A stretch of 64,000 nt of DNA from Eledone cirrhosa (Eukaryota), in the NCBI GenBank assembly GCA_964016885.1, contig OZ024741.1, positions 50,902,001 to 50,966,000 on the forward strand, given 5' to 3'. The notes beneath the pieces were generated by a model. That model was not told the origin of the DNA, did no database searches, and saw nothing but the letters and a program-made list of their open reading frames with translations. Shown here one piece after another: positions 11,810-23,400 of the stretch. How positions within the stretch are numbered: position 1 is the first letter of the stretch; every line of letters begins with the position of its first letter. A program made the translations under genes and the position numbers.

Positions 11810-12214
11810 ACACACGATTTCAGATAAAGAATCTTGCTAAACAAATTCATAAACGAAATATATATATATATATATGTATAAAGTACATTAACTAAATAAG
11901 GAACAATAACTCTTTCATGGTAGAATATTTTGGTTTTATTTTATATTACGTAGATCTTTTATTCCCCACCTCGTAGCAAACACGTTAAACATTTCAACAT
12001 CAGGTTCGTTATTTCATAAAGCAATATTACATTATCACTAACAGCCGCCATTGCCCTGTTAATCATTAAACTTCTACTTCGTAATAATATACCAGAGAAA
12101 CTACAATTGTAACTAAAAAACTCAACACTTTTTGCTCCAATGACTTAACCCCGAGAGCATGAGGCGGAGGGTAAGATAGTTGGAGGTGGAGGATACTTGT
12201 CCGGGCGTCACACT

Positions 12215-12461
12215 TATACATACATACATACATATATGCATGCATGCATACATACGCACATACATACATACGTACATACGTACAGGCATACATACATACA
12301 TATATACATACATACATACATGCACACATACATACATACATACATACATACATACATACATACATACATACATACATACATACATGCATGCATGCATGCA
12401 TGCATACATACATACATACATACATACATACATACATACATACATACATACATACATACAT
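12215..12461. repeat. (CATA)n microsatellite
   Basis: Directly visible. A second shorter tract lies at 12873-12943. Confidence 0.95.
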
Positions 12462-12881
12462 GGTGGCTGCCAACTCGTTTTCGAGTACGGCCACTACTTT
12501 ATATCCATGTAGGAGAACCCCTACCGATGCGCTGAACGAGTGTGACTTTCCAGTCCAGCCAGCGACTTGAAAACTCTGGTACAAACACTACACTTGTGAC
12601 AATTATTGACACATAGTGCTGGGCCCATGGTACCATGTGACGACAAGTGCAGAGAGATCTCCAGATATAAAGCAATGCCTGTGCCGTGAAGCTTTTATAG
12701 TGAGCAAAGGCACTGCACAAAGCTAGTCCCACTCCCTTAACCAAGATGATATTTACCAAAAAAAAGAACAAGTCAACATCATTGGATACCATCAGGGTTG
12801 CAGGTGTTATATCAGAGTTTTCCTTCTCCTAGAATTCTGCCTTGACAAAGGCTAAGGGGTCATCTCTCCCGGATACATACA

Positions 12882-12915
<34 letters not shown>

Positions 12916-13404
12916 CGTAAGTACGTACATTCATACATACATAATGGCTGTAAATCGATTTTGAGTAATGCCATCGTTTGATAATTAAACTTGAGCATCA
13001 CGGACGTGGCTCTTTACTGCTGCTGGGGACTTACCTATGCCCAACAATACCATGCATCGCAAATATGTCCCGTATCAAGCAATGCCTGTGCTTAAAGCTT
13101 TTTTTAGCGGAGAAAGGCTTTGCAGGGTGGATAAAATAAAGTACCAATCAAAGACTGGAGACAATTTAATCTTCTTAGCAATCCCCTAAATTTGTGGTTG
13201 TGTGTCTCTGTTAGAAACGATGTTTAAACTTAGTAACCGCTAACTCATTTTAAACTAACGATCTATTTATTAAGCTTCATTAAATCTAAGCTACCATAGT
13301 TGATTTGTCTATATCTGGCTTTAAGCCACCTGTAATTGTATTGAGGATTTACTTATAGCCCCAAGAATTTATTCTAAATTATTTGATGCAATTCTTCATA
13401 TTTA

Positions 13405-13717
13405 CGAGGGTCGGTTGAAACGTTCATAGGCTGAAAAGTGTGAGGTTTATTTTTCAACCCTGGAAAGAAACAATGCAGTTATTAATAAGAAGAGTTGAAA
13501 TTAATGCATGTAAGATTTCATAGCTCTAGCACCACTCCTTCATAAGCTAACCAAGATACTCTCATGGAATAACCAAATGAGGTTTATTTTTCAATATAGT
13601 CCTGGAAAGAAACAATGCAGTTATTAATAAGAAGAGTTCAAATTAATGTAAGCAAAATTTCACAGCTCTAGCATCACCCCTTTATAGTCAGCTTATGAAC
13701 TTTTCAACCCACCCTCA
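13405..13717. mobile_element. Mariner-type MITE
   Basis: ~30-bp TIRs CGAGGGTCGGTTGAAACGTTCATAGGCTGA and TCAGCTTATGAACTTTTCAACCCACCCTCA, with TA on both flanks. Internal ~110-bp direct duplication (13441-13546 and 13578-13687). Confidence 0.85.
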
Positions 13718-13869
13718 TATGCATAAAATCTATGGTAAGTAACCTTTTTCTGTTTCTACTTTATTTGATATCCCCTTTCTGATATATTAAACCTCTCTAT
13801 CATTATTCCAAGTATTATTGTCACACACTAAAGTGTTCACTACATCGGATATTTGATTGTGTATTTGAT

Positions 13870-14180
13870 GTGCCTACTGTGGTTAAGAAGTTCGCTTTGC
13901 AATCTTAAGGTCCCGGGTTCCATCCTACTACGTGGTATTTAAGGTCAGTTTCAGTTACCGTAGTAGCAAGTCGACCCAATCCTTGCGAGTCAAATGAAGT
14001 AGACGGGAACTCTTTGGAAGCTCGTCGAATGGATTGTACCTGTAATTTAAAGAGCTAACGTTGTCACGTATTATGTACACGTGTCTGAGGAATGCTCAGC
14101 CACTTGCAAGTTAATTTCATAAGCAGGCAGTTGATTGAGTCAACTGGAACAATCATCATTGGAACCGATGTAGGCCCAAC
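13870..14180 (+). mobile_element. tRNA-derived SINE, family B (diverged copy)
   Basis: TGTGGTTAAG A-box-like and GGTTCCATCC B-box-like head. Body is homologous to the reverse complement of 17085-17400. Confidence 0.7.
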
Positions 14181-14267
14181 ACGCAAGCATCACACGATCT
14201 GCTCACACAGTTCCATGTCTTAATACATATCACATTGTTCTCTATAACAAATTGTAGTTTAAGCACA

Positions 14268-14473
14268 AATGAAAACTAAGGTTGTTATTTAAATTCCATC
14301 TTTAATTTCTACAATAGTTTTGATGGAAATAAATGTAGTGTCATTTAAATTATTAATTATTAGTTGTTTGACTGGTCTATTGATGGATTCTATGTACTGG
14401 CACTACATTTATTTCCATCGAAACAATTGTAGAAATTAAAGATGGAATTTGAATAACAACTCTGGCTTTCATT
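14268..14473. repeat. Inverted repeat (~70-bp arms, 60-nt spacer) with degraded hammerhead-like 3' half
   Basis: 14281-14340 mirrors 14401-14460. The plus arm has GATGGA...TCCATC-GAA-ACAATTGT-A, but no intact CTGANGA. Confidence 0.7.
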
Positions 14474-14617
14474 TTGTTTTAATTTTGTTGTGCCCTGCAG
14501 CTTTCGGTGTCTTCATATAGCTGTATCTTAACCCTTTGGAGTATACCTTTGACCTGGTTTCCTGCATGCTGCCGACTTTAATAACACATTCAGCTTATCA
14601 AAATAATAGTGAATTAT

Positions 14618-14957
<340 letters not shown>

Positions 14958-15449
14958 CTTCATTCGATTGACCACCAAAAAAAATCTATTCTCTATGGTT
15001 GTAATCACCTTTTTCATTTATATATTTTCCTAATTTCTCCCAGACACTATTTATCCCCCCTCGTTCCACACTTTTATCAATAGACAAACTTAATGTTGAT
15101 ACATATTTAACTTATACATATATATTATATTCTATATTACACCGCTTGTTGATTCAGTAGTTTTTGCTTCAATTTTATTTTTCTCAACCAAAACAAACTC
15201 CTATATAATTTAATAATACTATTGTTGTACATATTATGATTTTATTTTCGTAACAACTCGTATTTTGCATAAATATATTTTATTGATTTGAAACTATTAC
15301 ATATAAGACAATATTGTATCTTTTTTTTTAATATGCGCATTGAATTTTCTTTTATTTAAAAATGTTCACAAGATATTGCGACTGTGCATGAAAATTACGA
15401 GATACTTATCTACTAAATATATTGAGTTATAGATTGTTTTAATATATAG

Positions 15450-15713
15450 CAGGAGTCGGCAATCTCTGGCTTGCGGGTCACATCCGGCTCACGAAGTATT
15501 TTTGTCCGGCCCACCAACAGGTTTCAATCTAGATCTAAATACACTGCCAGGTATTTGGGGTTTTGTTACAGTTTATTAAAAATGTCATAGTATTTTATCA
15601 TATTACTGTATTCGTTTTTACATATGTTCTCATTACTTATTTGATATCATGGCCTGCCGACGAGACACTGCATAGCTATGTGGCCTACACACCCTAAAGG
15701 TTGCCGACCCCTT
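15450..15713. mobile_element. hAT-type MITE
   Basis: TIRs CAGGAGTCGGCAA and TTGCCGACCCCTT, with a perfect 8-bp TSD ATATATAG at 15442-15449 and 15714-15721. Confidence 0.88.
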
Positions 15714-15728
15714 ATATATAGGGTGAGT

Positions 15729-15949
15729 AGGGTGGTGGATTGGTAGTATCGGTAGAGCGTCGGACAACATGTTTTATAGCATAGAGGTATAGCCCTTTAC
15801 GATCTGTGTTCAAATCCTGCCAAGGTTAGCTTTGCTTTTCATCCTAACAGCGTCGATATAATAAAGTACCAGTAATTCACTGGGATCGATTTAATTGACC
15901 CCCCCCCCCCAAAAAAAAAGTGTACCTTGTGCCTAAATCAGAAACCAAT
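15729..15949 (+). mobile_element. tRNA-derived SINE, family A
   Basis: A box TGGTAGTATCGG, B box GTTCAAATCC and conserved TTTGC.TTTCATCC...GTCGAT..AATAAAGTACCAG body. Confidence 0.8.
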
Positions 15950-16190
15950 ATAGAGGGTGAGTCATTAGTAACCGGGCAGTCAATGTATTTTTATTGCAAA
16001 GTTCACAGATAACTTTTTGAACTTCCACTTCAAAATATATTGAGGAACGGAGATAGCTTTTCAAACATTTACTTTAATTATATATTTTAACTACTTTTGT
16101 TTGATATATTTATAATTTCGTACTTTATGACCAGAACTTTTGTAAATATTATCATTTGGAAGATTAATGTTTAGTATTATCCTTTGGAAT

Positions 16191-16440
16191 AGGGCGGTGG
16201 ATTGGCAGTATCAGTACAGCGTCGGACAACATGCTTCACGGTATAGAGTTACGGCTCTTTACGTTCTGAGTTCAAATCCCGCCGATGTTAGCTTTGCCCT
16301 TCATCCTTACTGGGTCGATAAAATAAAGTACCAGCAATGCATCGGGATCGATAAAATAAAGCACCAGTAATGCACTTGGGTCGATTTAATCGACTTTCCC
16401 CTCCCTTCAAATTGCTGGCTTTGTGCTTAAAGTAAAAACA
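16191..16440 (+). mobile_element. tRNA-derived SINE, family A, with TSD
   Basis: A/B boxes and body as above. Flanking direct repeat ATTATC(C/A)TTTGGAAT. Internal duplication of TCGATAAAATAAAG.ACCAG. Confidence 0.82.
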
Positions 16441-16869
16441 ATTATCATTTGGAATATAAATGTTGGCCTGCCCAGTTACTTATGTAGATACTTAGGTATC
16501 TATACATTTATGCATACATTTTCCACTGAATACATTTTGAAATGGATTGTCTTATTTGCAGTGATATATATTATATCTATTATAATAGAATGAATTCTCA
16601 TAGGTGCAATTCTTACTGTCACACATTTTATATTAGACCCCCCTCCAGTAGATCCTAATAAAAATTATAAATATACCAAACAAAAATACATTTTATTTAT
16701 TCAACTATACAATAAATATAATTTTTAAATTATTCTAAATTTATTGCAGATCATTTAGTTCTTTTAATCAAGATAATTAAAGAAACTATAATTTTGATTT
16801 AATGTTGCTGTTTTTGTAATTTTGTTGTTTTTGTATACGTTATTTGAATTATACATGCACACCTAAAGA

Positions 16870-17075
16870 GATGTGGATTGACAGAATCGGTAGAGCGCCA
16901 GGAATTTTGTTCAGGCTCTTTGTGTTCTGAGTTCAAATCCTACAAAGGTCAACTTAACCCTTTATCTTTCTGGGATTGATTAAATAAACTACCAGTGAAC
17001 TATTGGGGTCGATATAATCGTCTTCTCCTCCACCAAATTAGTGTCTTTACGTCTAAACTATTACTATAAGAAACT
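16870..17075 (+). mobile_element. tRNA-derived SINE, family A (diverged)
   Basis: TGACAGAATCGGTAGAGCG...GAGTTCAAATCC...AATAAACTACCAG. Confidence 0.75.
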
Positions 17076-17084
17076 ATTACTATA

Positions 17085-17402
17085 CTGGCACTCCGTCGGT
17101 TACAACGACGAGTGTTCCAGTTGATCCGATCAACGGAACAGCCTGCTCTTGAAATTAACATGCTGAGCATTCCACAGACACGCATAGCCTTAACGTAATC
17201 CTCAGGGAGATTCAGCGTGAAACAGAATGTGACAAGGCTGGCCCTTCGAATTACAAGTACAACTCATTTTTGCCAGCTGAGTGGACTGGAGAAACGTGAA
17301 ATAAAGTGTTTTGGTCAAGGACACAACGTACCGTCGGGAATCGAACTTACGATCTTACGATTGTGAGCCGAATACCCTAACCACAAAGCCACGCGCCTTT
17401 AC
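17085..17402 (-). mobile_element. tRNA-derived SINE, family B
   Basis: Reverse complement head GGCGCGTGGCTTTGTGGTTAGGGTATTCGGC...AAGTTCGATTCC (A and B boxes) followed by GTGTCCTTGACCAAAACACTTTA. Confidence 0.8.
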
Positions 17403-17648
17403 ATGGTGACGCTCGTCGATGTGTTTGACTGTTCTAGTGCCTCAGTCACGTTATTAACTGTTGTAATGCTGTATTTTTGGGTTGTCTCAAAGCATAAAAA
17501 TGTAAGTTACTTACGACTAATTGTAACATGTATTCTTTCGCCGGAGAGTAGAGACTGGCCTACTAAATGTCATACAAAAAATCCCCTAAAATTCAAGAAG
17601 TTTAACAGTACTAGATCATCGCGTCATTTTGATATGTTGATAACTTCA

Positions 17649-18040
17649 TAAAAGGTGGGACAGAAAGTTCTCACAATTTTTTCAAAATTTTTATTGACTT
17701 CAGCGTTTTTTAATAGAAACATTTTACAAATCAAAATAATCGCCATCATTTGCGATTACCGTCTGCCATTGTTTAGGAAGGCACACGTTTTCATCTCTGG
17801 AGAATTCTTCAGGCTTTGATGCAAAGAATTCTGTCAGCCACTGATTTAACTGGCCTTCATTGGTGAAGGTCTTTGACTGCATTGCATTGCTCACTAAGAG
17901 AAAGAAGTGACAGCCTGTAGGCGCGAAGGGCGAATACGGTGGGTGAAGCAGAATCTCCCAACCTAGTTCCAGTACCTCCTTATATATCATCCTTGATGTA
18001 TGCGGCTGAGCGTTATCATGAGTGAATAGAACACTACCGT
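17649..18040 (-). mobile_element. Mariner transposon 3' remnant (transposase C-terminus + putative TIR)
   Basis: HDNAQPH...LGWEILLHPPYSP.APT.CHFF...LPKQWQTVI.NDGDYF, i.e. the mariner HDNA and HPPYSPDLAP motifs, degraded. TIR-like TAAAAGGTGGGACAGAAAGTT at ~17649. Confidence 0.85.
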
Positions 18041-18567
18041 AGTGTGTGCGATTTTCGCCGTTAACACATGCATATATAGACATAAATACACACAGGCATA
18101 GCGACCTCGTTCCATTTAGTGGGTTATTTCTTATTTTAATTGAACTTTTCCTCTCATTTATGGCATTTATAGTCCTTTCCAGTGTTGTTCTGTTTATATA
18201 ACTCTACTACGAAATAAAATTTGTTCTAAATGAAATATAAAGTACATTAAATTTATTTTTCTGTAAGTTTAACCAAATAAAAATTTATGATATTTAAATG
18301 AATAAATCCCACCACGATTTTTTAAAGATATATATTTTAAATGATTTTCACATATTAATAAAACAGTTGTTGTCCTTTCTCTAAGTGTTTGTATTTCATT
18401 CACAATTAACTTGAAGTTAAGCAGATTGACTTACTCATTAATATTGATATAACTTTGTACAGTAAATTAAATTTAATTAAAATATTTGTTATAGTACAAA
18501 CTTTGAGACTCATTTTAAATCAATTTTTTCAACATAATACTCTGTTTTTACATAATTATAACTAAAA

Positions 18568-18730
18568 TTTGGCAGTATCGGTAGAGGGTCGGACGTCATG
18601 CTTTGACGCATAGAGTTACCGCCCTTTGCGTTCTGAGTTCAAATCCCGCCGAGGTCAACTTTGCCTTTCATCCTTACGGGGTCGATAAAATAAAGTACCA
18701 GTAATTGCTGGCCTTGTGCCAAAAGTAGAA
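18568..18730 (+). mobile_element. tRNA-derived SINE, family A
   Basis: TGGCAGTATCGGTAGAG...GAGTTCAAATCCCGCCGAGGTCAACTTTGCCTTTCATCC...GTCGATAAAATAAAGTACCAG. Confidence 0.82.
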
Positions 18731-18737
18731 AGGGAAG

Positions 18738-18908
18738 GGGGAAGTCGATTACATCCATCCTCAGTGCGTTACTGGTACTTTATTTTATCGACTCCGTAAG
18801 AATGAAAGGCAAAGCTAACCATGGTGGGATTTGAAACCAGAACGTAAACACGTGACTATACCACAAAGCATGTTGTTTGACACTCTACCGATAATGCTAT
18901 TCCACCGG
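18738..18908 (-). mobile_element. tRNA-derived SINE, family A, inverted (tail-to-tail with the preceding copy)
   Basis: CTGGTACTTTATTTTATCGAC...ATGAAAGGCAAAG...GGGATTTGAA...CTCTACCGAT is the reverse complement of the family A sequence. Confidence 0.8.
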
Positions 18909-19087
18909 CCTAATAACCTATACGATAATAAGAGCCGTGTCTGTCCGTACGTCCGTCCGTCACGCTCTCTCTCTATTTATAGAGGGAAATACTACTCCAC
19001 CTCTCATTCACCCCCCCCTCTCTAGCTAACTAAAATGTAACGTACAAACGAACGAAATGAATACGGAGTATATTATTGCTCTCTCTC

Positions 19088-19118
<31 letters not shown>

Positions 19119-19353
19119 TAGAATTAAAATTTGTTTCAAGAAAAAACAAGTTGTTGTTGTTATTGAGAGAGAGAGGGAGAGAGAGGGAGAGAGAGGGAGG
19201 GAAAGGGAGAGAGAGAGGGGAAGAGAGAGAGAGTGTGTCCGTATGTGTGAAAGATAGGTAGAGGGTGTTGGCACCGCACTAACGAGTTTTGATTGAAAAC
19301 GCGGTAAATTTAAATGTAAGTTTGTCAACACGGGCTACAACTGATATTATTCA

Positions 19354-19645
19354 TACTACTACTACTACTACTACCACCACCACCACCACTACCACTACTA
19401 CTACTACCACAACCACCACCACCACCACCACTACTACTACTACTACCACCACCACCACTACTACTACTACTACTACCACTACTACCACCACCACCACCAC
19501 TACTACTACTACTACCACTACTACCACCACCACTACCACTACTACTACTACTACTACCACCACCACCACCACCACTACTACTACTACTACTACCACCACC
19601 ACCACCACCACCACTACTACTACTACTACTACCACCACCACCACC

Positions 19646-19677
<32 letters not shown>

Positions 19678-19678
19678 C

Positions 19679-19710
<32 letters not shown>

Positions 19711-19873
19711 CACCACTACTACTACTACTACTACCACCACCACCACCACCACTACTACTACTACTACCACCACCACCACCACTACCACTACTACTACTAC
19801 TACTACCACAACCACTACTACTACTACTACTACCACCACCACCACCACCACCACTACCACTACTACTACCACA

Positions 19874-19917
<44 letters not shown>

Positions 19918-19983
19918 CACCACCACCACTACTACTACTACTACTACCACAACTACCACCACCACCACTACTACTACTACTAT

Positions 19984-20016
<33 letters not shown>

Positions 20017-20191
20017 TACCACTACTACTACCACCACCACCACTACTACTACTACTATAACCACCACCACCACCACCACTAATACTACTACTACTACTAC
20101 TACTACTGCTACTACTACCACCATCACCACCACCACCACCACTGCTACTACTACTACTACTACTACTACTGCTGCTACTACTACTACTACC

Positions 20192-20224
<33 letters not shown>

Positions 20225-20456
20225 GCTACTACTACTACTACTACCACCACCACCACTACTAATACTAATACTAATACTACTACCACCACCACCACCACCA
20301 ACACAACAACAACAGCAGTAACAACATCAGTAGCAACAGCAGTCAAAACAACAACAACAGCACCAACAGCAGCAACAACAAGAACAACAACAATAGCAAC
20401 AACAACAGTAGCAACAACAACAGCACCAACAACAGCAGCAACAACAACAACAACAA
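19354..20456. repeat. Compound trinucleotide tract: (ACT)n/(ACC)n blocks, then (ACA/GCA)n
   Basis: Directly visible, ~1.1 kb, with a switch to ACA/GCA at ~20299. Confidence 0.97.
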
Positions 20457-20475
20457 TGCTCACTATAAAACAGGA

Positions 20476-23400
20476 GTGGTGTAGAGGTGGCTGATGGTTC
20501 GATGGTGGTGGAGGGTGGTGTCTATGTATTGTGTGGTTATATTGGTGTAGAGAGAGTTGGCTGATGGTTCGATGGTGGTGGATGGTGGTGTCTATGTATT
20601 GTGTGGTTATATTGGTGTAGAGTTGGCTGATGGTTCGATGGTGGTGGAGGGTGGTGTCTATGTATTGTGTGGTTATATTGTTGTAGAGTTGGCTGATGGT
20701 TTGATGGTGGTGGAGGGTGGTGTCTGTATTGTGTGGTTATATTGTTGTAGAGTTGGCTGATGGTTCGATGGTGGTGGAGGGTGGTGTCTGTATTGTGTGG
20801 TTATATTGGTGTAGAGAGAGTTGGCTGATGGTTCAATGGTGGTGGACGGTGGTGTCTATGTATCGTGTGGTTATATTGGTGTAGAGAGAGTTGGCTGATG
20901 GTTCGATGGTGGTGGACGGTGGTGTCTGTGTATTGTGTGGTTATATTGGTGTAGAGAGAGTTGGCTGATGGTTCGCTGGTGGTGGATGGTGGTGTCTATG
21001 TATTGTGTGGTTATATTGGTGTAGAGAGAGTTGGTTGATGGTTCGATGGTGGTGGATGGTGGTGTCTATGTATTGTGTGGTTATATTGGTGTAGAGAGAG
21101 TTGGCTGATGGTTCGATGGTGGTGGACGGTGATGTCAGTGTATTGTGTGGTTATATTGGTGTAGAGAGAGTTGGTTGATGGTTCGATGGTGGTGGATGGT
21201 GGTGTCTATGTATTGTGTGGTTATATTGGTGTAAAGAGAGTTGGCTGATGGTTCGATGGTGGTGGACGGTGGTGTCTGTGTATTGTGTGGTTATATTGGT
21301 GTAGAGTTGGCTGATGGTTCGCTGGCGGTGGATGGTGGTGTCTATGTATTGTGTGGTTATATTGGTGTAGAGTGAGTTGGCTGATGGTTCGATGGTGGTG
21401 GAGGGTGGTGTCTATGTATTGTGTGGTTGTATTGGTGTAAAGAGAGTTGGCTGATGGTTCGATGGTGGTGGACGGTGGTGTCTGTGTATTGTGTGGTTAT
21501 ATTGGGGTAGAGTTGGCTGATGGTTCGATGGTGGTGGATGGTGGTGTCTATGTATTGTGTGGTTATATTGGTGTAGAGTGAGTTGGCTGATGATTCGATG
21601 GTGGTGGATGGTGGTGTCTATGTATTGTGTGGTTATATTGGTGTAGAGAGAGTTGGCTGATGGTTCGATGGTGGTGGATGGTGGTGTCTATGTATTGTGT
21701 GGTTATATTGGTGTAAAGAGAGTTGGCTGATGGTTCGATGGTGGTGGACGGTGGTGTCTATGTATTGTGTGGTTATATTGGTGTAAAGAGAGTTGGCTGA
21801 TGGTTCGATGGTGGTGGAGGGTGGTGTCTATGTATTGTGTGGTTATATTGGTGTAAAGAGAGTTGGCTGATGGTTCGATGGTGGTGGATGGTGGTGTCTA
21901 TGTATCGTGTGGTTATATTGGTGTAAAGAGAGTTGGCTGATGGTTCGATGGTGGTGGACGGTGGTGTCTATGTATTGTGTGGTTATATTGGCGTAGAGTT
22001 GGCTGATGGTTCGATGGTGGTGGACGGTGGTGTCTATGTATTGTGTGGTTATATTGGTGTAGAGAGAGTTGGCTGATGGTTCGATGGTGGTGGATGGTGG
22101 TGTCTATGTATTGTGTGGTTATATTGGTGTAGAGAGAGTTGGCTGATGGTTCGATGGTGGTGGATGGTGGTGTCTATGTATTGTGTGGTTAAATTGGTGT
22201 AAAGAGAGTTGGTTGATGGTTCAATGGTGGTGGAGGGTGGTGTCTATGTATTGTGTGGTTATATTGGTGTAGAGTTGGCTGATGGTTCGATGGTGGTGGA
22301 CGGTGGTGTCTATGTATTGTGTGGTTATATTGGTGTAGAGTTGGCTGATGGTTCGATGGTGGTGGACGGTGGTGTCTATGTATTGTGTGGTTATATTGGT
22401 GTAGAGAGAGTTGGCTGATGGTTCGATGGTGGTGGATGGTGGTGTCTATGTATTGTGTGGTTGTATTGGTGTAGAGAGAGTTGGTTGATGGTTCGATGGT
22501 GGTGGAGGGTGGTGTCTATATATTGTGTGGTTATATTGGTGTAAAGAGAGTTGGCTGATGGTTCGATGGTGGTGGAGGGTGGTGTCTATGTATTGTGTGG
22601 TTATATTGGTGTAAAGAGAGGTGGCTGATGGTTCGATGGTGGTGGAGGGTGGTGTCTATGTATTGTGTGGTTATATTGGTGTAGAGAGAGTTGGCTGATG
22701 GTTCGATGGTGGGGGACGGTGGTGTCTATGTATTGTGTGGTTATATTGGTGTAGAGAGAGTTGGCTGATGGTTCGATGGTGGTGGATGGTGGTGTCTATG
22801 TATTGTGTGGTTATATTGGTGTAGAGAGAGTTGGCTGATGGTTCGATGGTGGGGGACGGTGGTGTCTATGTATTGTGTGGTTATATTGGTGTAGAGAGAG
22901 TTGGCTGATGGTTCGATGGTGGGGGACGGTGGTGTCTATGTATTGTGTGGTTATATTGGTGTAGAGAGAGTTGGTTGATGGTTCGATGGTGGTGGATGGT
23001 GGTGTCTATGTATTGTGTGGTTATATTGTTGTAGAGTTGGCTGATGGTTCGATGGTGGTGGACGGTGGTGTCTATGTATCGTGTGGTTATATTGGTGTAG
23101 AGAGAGTTGGCTGATGGTTCGATGGTGGTGGATGGTGGTATCTATGTATTGTGTGGTTATATTGGTGTAGAGAGAGTTGGCTGATGGTTCGATGGTGGTG
23201 GACGGTGGTGTCTATGTATTGTGTGGTTATATTGGTGTAGAGAGAGTTGGTTGATGGTTCGATGGTGGTGGATGGTGGTGTCTATGTATTGTGTGGTTAT
23301 ATTGGTGTAGAGAGAGTTGGCTGATAGTTCGATGGTGGTGGACGGTGGTGTCTATGTATTGTGTGGTTATATTGGTGTAGAGAGAGTTGGTTGATGGTTT

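Noticed and set aside
15729-18908. A/B-box sequences as tRNA genes
   Set aside because: No cloverleaf was seen, and each continues into a shared SINE body.
18917-19345. Possible second Helitron (CTATACGATAATAAGAGCCGTGTCTGTCCG 5'-like end)
   Set aside because: No clear CTAG 3' terminus or hairpin, so it is too degraded to support.
19289-20494. 401-aa poly-Thr (mucin-like) ORF and antisense 370-aa poly-Val ORF
   Set aside because: These are by-products of a trinucleotide microsatellite. The plus ORF has a non-ATG start, no signal peptide and no other domain.
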